A stretch of 64,000 nucleotides of DNA from Octopus sinensis (lineage: Eukaryota): contig NC_043003.1 in NCBI RefSeq assembly GCF_006345805.1, forward strand, positions 101,308,001 to 101,372,000, given 5' to 3'. Shown here piece after piece: positions 47,621-57,830 of this stretch. Position 1 is the first letter of the stretch; every line of letters starts with the position of its first letter. Made by a program: the position numbers and the translations under genes. The notes under the pieces are model-generated. The model was given only the letters and a program-made list of their open reading frames with translations, ran no database searches and was not told the origin of the DNA.

Positions 47621-49216
47621 TGGGAGCTCCTCTATGCTGACGACCTCGCTCTAATCGCTGAGTCACTATCAGAACTGGAGGAGAAGTTCCAGGTGTGGAA
47701 GGAGGGTTTAGAATCGAGGGGCCTTAGAGTCAACCTAGCTAAAACCAAAGTACTAATAAGTAGAAAGGTAGAAAATCCACAAATATCCTCAGGAAGATGG
47801 CCCTGCTCGATCTGTAGAAAAGGTGTAGGTAGAAACTCTATAAGATGTACCCAGTGTAAGCTATGGACATATAAGAGGTGCAGCAATGTCAAAGGTAGGC
47901 TAACTGGGAAGATAGTTTTCGTATGTGGCAGATGCTCTGGAGCATTGACCTCCGAAAATCTGCAGAAAACAACTTCCGTCACTTTCCGGGGGAAAAACTA
48001 GAAGTAGGTGATAGCTTCCGCTATCTAGGTGACCACGTCAGTAGTGGGGGTGGGTGCGCTGAAAGTGTAACTGCTAGAATAAGAATAGCCTGGGCAAAGT
48101 TTAGGGAGCTCTTACCTCTGCTGGTGACTAAAGGCCTCTCGCTCAGAGTAAAAGGCAGACTGTATGATGCATGTGTACGAACAGCTATGCTACATGGCAG
48201 TGAAACATGGGCCGTGACTGCTGAGGACATGCGTAAGCTCGTGAGGAACGAAGCCAGTATGCTCCGATGGATGTGTAATGTCAGTGTACTTACTCGACAG
48301 AGCGTTAGTACCTTGAGAGAAATGTTGTACCTGAGAAGCATCAGTTGTTGTGTGCAAGAGAGACGATTGCGCTGGTATGGTCATGTGGAGAGAATGGATG
48401 AAGATAGGTGTGTGAGAAAGTGCCAATCCCTAGCAGTTGAGGGAACCCGTGGAAGAGGTAGACCCAGGAAAACCTGGGACGAGGTGGTGAAGCACGACCT
48501 TCGGACGTTAGGTCTCACCATGGAAATGACTAGAGACCGAGACCTATGGAAGTATGCTGTGCGTGAGAAGACCCGGCAAGACTAGTGAAGCCATAACCCG
48601 TGGCCCCTACCTGGGACGTAGTCAGTCCACCTGTGCATACCTTCCTTCTTGTGACACTTGTGAAGACCGGCTGAGGCAAGTGAGAATCGAGAATAGAAAT
48701 CGAATCGAATCAAATCAAATCAAATCAAAATAGATGAACATCAATGGAATTTGTATCCTTGTGGTACCAGTGCCGGTGGCACATAAGAAAACCATCCGAA
48801 CGTGACCGTAGCCAGTACCGCAACGACTGGCCCCCGTGCTGAGGGCACGTAACAAACACCATCCGAGCGTGACCGTCCGCCAGCCTCGTCTGGCACCTGT
48901 GTCGGTGACACATAAGAAAACACCATCCGAGCGTGGCCGTCAGCCAGCCTCGTCTGGCACCTGTGTTGGTGGCACATAAAAAACACCATTCGAGCGTGGC
49001 CGTCTGCCAGCCTCGTCTGGCACCTGTGTCGGTGGCACATAAAATCACCCACTACACTCTCGGAGTGGTTGGCGTTAGGAAGGGCATCCAGCTGTAGAAA
49101 CACTGCCAGATCTGACTGGCCTGGTGCAGCCTTCGGGCTTGCCAGACCCCAGTTGAACCGTCCAACCCATGCTAGCATGGAAAGCGGACGTTAAACGATG
49201 ATGATGATGATGATGA
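47621..49216 (+). mobile_element. RTE, 5'-truncated (RT C-half, frameshifted) with UTR and tail
   Basis: Starts at WELLYADD; includes the PHD-like finger, FRYLG and a (GAT)n tail. Confidence 0.93.
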
Positions 49217-49399
49217 TATATATATAAATTTAGATAAATATATACATAAATTTATATATATGAAAATATATATATATATATATATGAATGTATATATATG
49301 AATGTATATATATATATAAATTTAGATATATATATATAAATTTATAAAATATATATATACGAAAGAAGGTTTGAAAATGCAATTTTAAAAGATGTTTAT

Positions 49400-49444
49400 T
49401 TACTTTACCGGTTTCACTCTTTGGAAAAAGATTGTCAAAAGTAA
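49400..49444 (-). ncRNA. Minimal type I hammerhead-like motif, U3-A8 variant
   Basis: UUACUU-UUGACAA-UCUUU uucc AAAGA-gu-GAAACCGGU-A-AAGUAA. 6-bp stem I, palindromic ACCGGU, GUA site. Confidence 0.55.
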
Positions 49445-49879
49445 CATGTAGAAGTTTGGTTGCGTTAATTATTGGTTGTTACAAAATGCTACATTGCATA
49501 TATACAGCCTTTGGTAACAAGGACATGTTAAGGACATAAAAATGTTTAACAAGTTCCTTAAAATATTGGGCACAAAAGATTACAACATAAATATACATTC
49601 TCAAGGACATGTTGAAGATAGTTTCCAGAAGAAATTATTAAAAAGTTCAGTGGGATATTGGTATTGTATCTGTATATTCAAACACGCACAGAATATTGGT
49701 TGACACAGAGTACTACAATGCATATATATACATTCTTTGGTGACAAGAGAATGTTAAGAACATAAAAAAGTTTAACAACTTCATTGAAATATTGGGCACA
49801 AAAGATTACAGCAAACATATACATTCTCAAGATAATTTCCAGAAGGAATTATTAAAATAATGATTATAATAATTAATCA

Positions 49880-52498
49880 TTTTTGCGATGCAAATAATCT
49901 TATGGTTTGCAATACTGACTTCAGGAAACCTACCAGTCACCTAGTCACCTACCGATCAGGCCGACATACTAGCCAAATTGACTACATCCTTGCCAGAAAA
50001 AGGGAAAGATGGCTGCTTATAAATGCCAAAACCTTCCCAGGGGAAGAATGTACCCCACAACATAGACTGGTAGTTAGTGACTTTAGAATCAGGACTAAGT
50101 GGACGCCCAGAAGACGACCAACATGGAAAAGAAGGGTCTGGAAGCTTAAAGATCTTGTGAATGGACAGAGATTTCGAGACATATTACTCGAAGCCTTTGA
50201 TGAAATAGATGAGGATATAGATTCACATAGTGTAGAAGACAACTGGAGGTTTCGACAGGACAACCTGCTGAGAGCCATTGACCAGATCTGTGGATGGTGC
50301 AAAGACCCCTCTCAACCCAAAATAATGTGGTGGTGGAACAATGTTGTAGACTGGGCTATTAGAGAAAAGAGACAGGCTTGGAAGGACTGGAAGAATGGTG
50401 GTAGCAGGGAATTGTATCAAACTGCCAAAAGAGAAGCTAGGAGACAGGTTTATTTAGCCAGAGGGGAAGCAGATAAGAAAAAATTTGCCAATGTTCTGCG
50501 CCGTGAGGACCAAAGACATGAGGTATTTCGTGTTGCAAGAGTGTGTGAGAGAGAATCGTGATGTGGTAGGAGAGAAATGTGTTCGCATGGATGATGGTAC
50601 ATTTGCGCTAAATGAGGATGTAAAGAGAGAGGTTTGGAGACGCCACTATGAAAGGTTGCTGAATAAAGAAAAATGGGATAAAGAGAGTCTGTCGAATTAG
50701 TTTAGATGAGATGCAGTTTGGGTTCGTGCCAGGGAAAAGTACCACTGATGCTATATTCCTGGTAAGACAGCTGCAGGAGAAATACCTAGTCAAAGATAAG
50801 CCCCTGTACCTGGCTTTCGTTGACATGGAGAAAGCCTTCGACAGGTTCCTCCGATCCCTTATCTGGTGGTCAATGAGGAAACTAGGGATAGATGAATGGT
50901 TAGTGAGAGCTATGCGAGCCATGTACAGGGACGCTGCTAGTAAGGTGAGGGTTGGCAATGAGTACACTGAAGAATTCAGGGTAGAGGTAGGGGTCCACCA
51001 AGGTTCAGTCCTCAGCCCCCTCCTATTTATCATAGTCCTCCAGGCAATAATGGAGGAATTCAAGACAGGATGCCCCTGGGAGCTCCTCTATGCTGATGAC
51101 CTTGCTCTAATTGCAGAGTCACTATCAGAACTGGAGAAGTTTCAGGTGTGGAAGCAAGGATTAGAATCGAAGGGCCTTAGAGTCAACCTAGCTAAAACCA
51201 AAGTCCTAATAAGTAGGAAGGTAGACAAATCACAAACGCCTTCAGGTAGATGGCCCTGCTCGATCTGTAGAAAAGGCGTAGGTAGAAACTCTATAAGATG
51301 CACCAAATGTAAGCTATGGATACATAAGAGATGTAGTAATGTCAAAGGAAGACTAACTAGGAAAATAGTTTTTATCTGTGGCAGATGCTCAGGAGCAATA
51401 AACACTGAAAATGCGCAGAGACCAACTTCCGCCACATTCCAGGGAGAAAAACTAGAAATAGTTGATAGCTTCCGTTACCTAGGTGACCAAGTCAGTAGCA
51501 GGGGTGGGTGTGCTTCAAGTGTAACTGCTAGAGTAAGAATAGCTTGGGCAAAGTTCAGAGAGCTCTTACCTCTGCTGGTGACAAAAGGCCTCTCACTCAG
51601 AGTAAAAGGCAGACTGTATGACGCATGTGTACTAACAGCCATGCTACATGGCAGTGAAACATGGGCCGTGACTGCTGAGGATATGCGCAAGCTCGCAAGA
51701 AATGAAGCCAGTATGCTCCGATGGATGTGTAATGTCAGTGTTCATACTCGACAGAGTGTAAGTATCTTGAGAGAAAAGTTGGACCTAAGAAACATCAGTT
51801 GTGGTGTGCAAGAGAGACGTTTGCGCTGGCATGGTCATGTGGCGAGAATGGATGAAGATAGTTGTGTGAAAAAGTGCCACACCCTAGCGGTTGAGGGAGC
51901 CTGTGGAAGAGGTAGACCCAGGAAAACCTGGGACGAGGTGGTGAAGCACGGCCTTCGAACTTTAGGTCTCACCTAGGAAATGACTAGAGACCAAGACCTT
52001 TGGAAGTATGCTGTGCGTGAGAAGACCCAGCAGGACAAGTGAGACCATAACCTGTGGCCTCTACCTGGAATGTAGCCAGTTCACTTATGCATACCTTTCC
52101 TTCTTGGGACACAAAGCTCTACTTGTGAAGGCCTGTTGAGGCAAGTGAAAATCAAAATCAAAATCGATCAACATCAATGGAAATTGTAGCTGTGATACCA
52201 GTGTCGGTGGCACGTAAGAGAACCATCCGAACGTGGCCATTGCCAGCGCCGCCCTGACTGGCCTCCGTGCCGGTGGCATGTAAAAAGCACCATCCGATCG
52301 TGGCCATCTGCCACCTGTGCCGGTGGCACGTAAAAAGTACCCACTACACTCATGGAGTGGTTGGCATTAAGAAGGGCATCCAGCCGTAGAAACATTGCCA
52401 GATCAGAATGGGCTTGGTGCAGCCTTCTGGCTTCCCAGACCCCAGTTGAACCGTCCAACTCATGCTAGCATGGAAAGCGGACACTAAACGAGGATGAT
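49880..52498 (+). mobile_element. RTE, 5'-truncated with internal deletion near 50697
   Basis: EN C-terminal half (49860..50561) and RT (50711..51976). Sequence between KESL and LDEMQF is missing relative to the 3495 copy. Confidence 0.93.
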
Positions 52499-52523
52499 GA
52501 AATATATATATATATATGAATGT

Positions 52524-52554
<31 letters not shown>

Positions 52555-52557
<3 letters not shown>

Positions 52558-54410
52558 GCAAAAAGAAGGTTGCAAATCGACTCAACCAGCATCCTAAATG
52601 TAGCGAAACATCTCACCTAAAGACAACACTGATGGAGATCAAAAAAAGGCTGCAACAATCTTATGTGAGGGAGAAAGCAGACAAAGAAGCCTGGGTTATA
52701 AAAAACATTAAGTCAAACCCAAAGGCCTTCTTTCATTACACGAAAGAAACAGCCTCAGTACACTGCAAGATAGGACCCCTACTCCAAACTAAGATCAGTG
52801 AGATACTGAATGACCAGTTCAAAAGTGTCTTCACCACCCCGTTGGAACACAGACAAGTGAACGAACCAGTGGGCTTCTTTGCAGCCTCACCTATAACCAG
52901 TGAGGCAGTTACGATGGAATACATTGACATTAGCAAAGATATGCGACTAGCCATAGATGAAGTGGACACAAACTCAACTGCTGGTACTGATGGTTTCCCA
53001 GCAATCCTCCTCAAATCATGTAAGCATGGCCAGGCAAAACCCTTTCAGATTCTCTTCCAGAGCTTTCTTACAAATAGCAAACTGCCAAGCAAGCTGAAGG
53101 AGGGTATAATATGCCCAATACATAAAGGGAGAAGTAGAGCAGATGCCAAAAGCTATAGGCCTATCTCTCTGACTTCACACATCAGCCAAGTCATGGAATG
53201 GATAGTCAGAGGGAAACTAATCGCATTCCTTGAAGAAAATACCTCGCTGAGTGATACTCAGCATGACTTTCAACCAGATAGGAGCTGCCTGACCCAGCTC
53301 TTACAACATTGTGACTGGGTGTTGAGGTAGTTATTCAACAACTCAAATGTGGACGTAATACACCTTGATTTTGCAAAAGCTTTTGACAAGGTGGATCATG
53401 GTATGATATACCACAAACTGCGTGACCTTGGCATATCAGGAAAACTTGGAGAGTGGTTACATGACTTTCTGAAAGATAGGAGTCAGGCAGTAGTGGCTAA
53501 TGGAGCCACCTCTATGAACACACAAATAGTGAGCGGTGTTTCACAGGGCACTGCTTTTTATAGTGGCCCTCTCAGATATGCCCTCAAATGCCTGGATAGC
53601 CACCCTTGCAAGCTATGCAAATGATACAAAAGTCTCGCAGAAAATACAGAACCCTAGCGATTTTGCACACTGACGGGCTGAGGATAATAGTATGCAGTTT
53701 AATGCTGAAAAATTCCAAGCCCTGTGCTACCAGCATCCAAAACTGAATATGAAACTTACAGGGTACACTGGTCCACAGGGAATTTCAATCCCAGAGCCTA
53801 AGTCAGTGAGGGACCTGGGTATCGACATGAGTGATGATACCTCTTTCCAAGTGCACATTACCAGGATGGCGACAAAGTGCAGACGACTGGCTGGATGGAT
53901 CCTAAGAACATTCAGAACCAGAGATAAGGAAACCATGATGGTCCTCTGGCGGACATTCGTCCTCAGCCACCTGGATTACTGCTCAGAGCTATGGTCACCC
54001 ACCAGTGTGAAATTAACAGCGGACCTTGAAGCAATCCAGAGAAGATTCACAAAGAAGATCATCTCTTTGCAACAGCTCAGCTACTGGGATAGGGTGAAAC
54101 AGCTAAGACTCTACTCCCTGGAGAGAAGACGGGAGAGGTATGCAGTAATATACATCTGGAAGATCCTGGAAGGAATTGTGCCAAATTTTGGCATTGAAAG
54201 CTACACCAATGCCAGAACGGGATGACACTGCATAGTGCTAAAGATCCCAGCAACGCCATGACGCTTCAGGTTTCAAGGGCCCACAGCTTTTTAATACTCT
54301 CCCAAAGAGTCTGAAGAACTCGCACAAAGTAGATGTAGGGGTTTTTAAATCAAAGCTGGACCTCTTCCTGTCGAGAATCCCAGATGAACCTACCTCACGG
54401 CTGCGAGAGT
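52555..54410 (+). mobile_element. CR1-group LINE, older diverged 5'-truncated copy
   Basis: ORF fragments 52494..53330, 53349..53624 and 53692..54225 with YRPISLT, LDFAKAFD and HLDYCSELWSP. Confidence 0.9.
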
Positions 54411-55576
54411 AAGCAACATGGAGGGTTGTCTTTGGATGTGCTAGAAACAACAGCCAAATCGCCCTTAAATCACTCACTTTTCCCTTTGAAAATATTTTTT
54501 TTTTTTTTTTTTTTTTACTGAAAATGCTCTTCTCATGGTTTTGAAGTGCAAAAAAAATTGGCCAAAATAAGTCTGCAGTGGAATGATGAGTGGGGGGAGT
54601 TTTCAAAACATTTTTCATATAAAAATGCTGCCCCAAACCTCATCATTTTGAAAGCTGTGGTTTAAAAACAAAAGGGGAAAATCCCTGAAAAACTTTTCCT
54701 CACAAATTTTTTTATAATCATAATCTATGCTGTTTGAAAGGGGTTTGTATAAAATTTTCATTGAAAGATACCCATCTTCCTGAAAGTTATGAAGGGAAAA
54801 AAGATCATGTGAATTTTCTGAAATGCCTCTCTCTACCCCCTTGCAAAAATTCTTTCCCATAAATCCCTATATACTCTGAGGCCACAACATCTATTTGTAG
54901 AAAATTTTGTAAAAAAGTATCCATTTTTCTGGATGTTATGAGGCAACAAAGTCAGGGACATATACATCTGTAGTAATGCTTTTTTATTTATACAAGTTTT
55001 TCATTTCATGTTTATTTCATTCATTGTTTGCAATGTTCCCTCTCTCTCTCTCACACACACACACTGCAAAGCTTACAGATGGGCTGCTGAAATGAAATCT
55101 CTATGTTACTTTGAGGGGATGACAAAACTGCTTCTCCCTTACTGTGATGTTTGTTTAAAAAAGAGAGATTATGACTGATGAAATAATGGTAATATTTACT
55201 AAGCAATTGAACACTATTATACAAAGAAATAATTAGACATAAAATATGGGAAAATATTATCAAGGGGCTGGCAGAAAACCACCCAGAGGATGGTCTTTCT
55301 GCTAGTATATATATAATTAAGATTGAAGCACCTTACTAGGTCGGTATATACCGCACACCCAAACAATAGTAATTGAATAGTGAATATCAAGACTCCGTGC
55401 AGAGGTGTTTGTACCTGATATTCCTGTTGTGTGTGCAGACAATGCAATCCAGCTAAGTGAAGATATTCGTTCTTGGTAATTCAGATGTGTACTTTTTATA
55501 AAGGTACTTTCTATAGTATTTCCAAAGTGCAGATTCCAAGTTAGAATATGAGTAACAAAGATGTACAGATGTCAAT

Positions 55577-55659
55577 TCATTACAGCCGTTTCAAGTGCTT
55601 CCTTTAATTGATTAATGAAAACATTACATCATTTGAAAAAAACCATTCTCGTCAGATGA
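55577..55659 (-). ncRNA. Type I hammerhead-like motif
   Basis: UCAU-CUGACGA-(56-nt imperfect stem II)-GAAACGGCUGU-A-AUGA. Confidence 0.55.
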
Positions 55660-55975
55660 CCGCACCGACTTCCAACATAAAGGATACAACTGCTTCTTAA
55701 CATATTCACATCAATAATGGAACTCAAAATATTTACATTGTTTCTTTTGTCATATCTGTGAGAGAATGAGTTTAGAAAATAATGCATACCTTGTTAAGCT
55801 TACTATAATTTTTAGAGAGTAACAGAGGAAATAGTGGGGGTCAGGATAAAAAGAGTGGTAACCTAGTTACTTATATTTAGAAGACTTTATGTAGAATGTA
55901 GTCTTCATACAGCTGTAATGAACTGACACTTGTACATCTTTGTTACTCATTTATATATATATATATATATATATA

Positions 55976-56270
55976 AAAAACACCATCCGAGCGTGGCCGT
56001 CTGCCAGCCTCGTCTGGCACCTGTGTCGGTGGCACATAAAAAACACCATCTGAGCGTGGCCGTCTGCCAGCCTTGTCTGGCACCTGTGTCGGTGGCACAT
56101 AAAATCACCCACTACACTCTCGGAGTGGTTGGCGTTAGGAAGGGCATCCAGCTGTAGAAACACTGCCAGATCTGACTGGCCTGGTGCAGCCTTTGGGCTT
56201 GCCAGACCCCAGTTGAACCGTCCAACCCATGCTAGCATGGAAAGCGGACGTTAAACGATGATGATGATGA
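55976..56270 (+). mobile_element. RTE 3' UTR fragment
   Basis: Near-identical to 48930-49216. Confidence 0.9.
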
Positions 56271-56337
56271 TATATTACGGAGATGTACTTGCATAGCAAG
56301 TGACCTGATCTGAGATCATGTGCTGAAACCAAAACAA

Positions 56338-56580
56338 TTGCAGCATGGAAGATGCTTATAAGCCATTTAAGAACACACAAAAAACAGTTTGATTCACTCC
56401 AACATTTAAATTTAATTTGTGTCAAAACTTCGTGGTGCACAAAGTTTTGTCAGTGAACAGGTCGCAGTTTGAAAGCGATAAAAATATTTTGACACAAATT
56501 AAATTTAAATGTTGAAGTGAATCTAACGGTTTGTTTGTGTGATCTTAAATGTCTTATAAACATCTTCTTCCATATTGCAA
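56338..56580. repeat. Inverted repeat (about 90-bp arms) with a G3-C8 hammerhead-like motif (56448-56494) at the centre
   Basis: CAACATTTAAATTTAATTTGTGTCAAAA is mirrored by TTTTGACACAAATTAAATTTAAATGTTG. Confidence 0.8.
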
Positions 56581-56581
56581 C

Positions 56582-56639
<58 letters not shown>

Positions 56640-57134
56640 ACCATCATCACATATAATGTCTACATATATCATCATTATCATTTAACGTCCATCTTGCGTG
56701 CTGCCATGGGTTGGAAGCCAGAGGACTGCATCAAGCCCTAATGTCTACTTTTGCATGGTTTTTATGGCTTGATGCACTATACACACATGTAAATATATAT
56801 ATATATATATATATTATCATTTTGCATAGCAATATAAATAACTTGTTAGAATTCAATACATAAATGCGTCAGAACAAAGCATCAGTCTAGTACAGAGCAG
56901 TAACACTGAAATTGTACCATGTATTACCTGCAAAACAGCCTGTTTGTTAATTAGCAATTTATTTGTACAAAACATGCAATTTTAACAAACGATGATGATG
57001 ATTTTATGGAGGTTCATAACCTGGAAATGTTTCATGTATTCAAATCTAATTAGTTCTACATATTTAATTTTAAAAATAGTATGCATATGCATACATATAT
57101 ATATAGGTATGTGTGTGAGTGTGTGTATATATAT

Positions 57135-57194
<60 letters not shown>

Positions 57195-57241
57195 TATATA
57201 CATATGTGTATATACATACATACATACATACACACACACAT

Positions 57242-57830
57242 TTTGTTTCCTCTAACTTTCTGAAAAACTATACATCTTAATGAAATTTTATACAAATACG
57301 CTTCAGATGATGTAGATTCCAAATCATCAGAATTTGTTATGAAATTTTTTCTAGGGACGTGGAAAGAAGTTACGGAAAATTCATAAGCCAACTTTGTTTC
57401 CTCATAACTTTCAGAAAATGGGTATTTTTTGATAAAATTTTCCATAAATACCTTTCAGATTGTGTAGATGACGATTATATCGGAATTTAATTCGAAGAAA
57501 GAATTTGGTGAGCACATGCACATTTCATAATTTCATGTTTCGTTATGTAAATATGTGTTGTCTGGTTACTGTGCTTTATGTGCCAGCCCATAATTTTCTT
57601 TTCTTTTCACATTAAATTCCGATATAATCGTAATCTACACCATCTAAAAGATGTTTGTAGAAAATTTCATTTAAAAATACCCATTTTACTGAAAGTTATG
57701 AGGAAACAAGGTCCGGGTGGTGGGGGCACACTTGCCATATTCTAAACTATAATTACATAAACTATAATTGCATAAACAAGGTCCGGGTGGTGGGGGCACA
57801 CTTGCCATATTCTAAACTATAATTGCATAA
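57242..57830. mobile_element. Foldback / MITE-like DNA element
   Basis: Inverted arms 57394-57490 and about 57610-57710, an additional direct copy at 57242-57340, and a direct repeat of about 55 bp at 57704 and 57774. A related decayed element lies at about 54480-54960. Confidence 0.55.
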
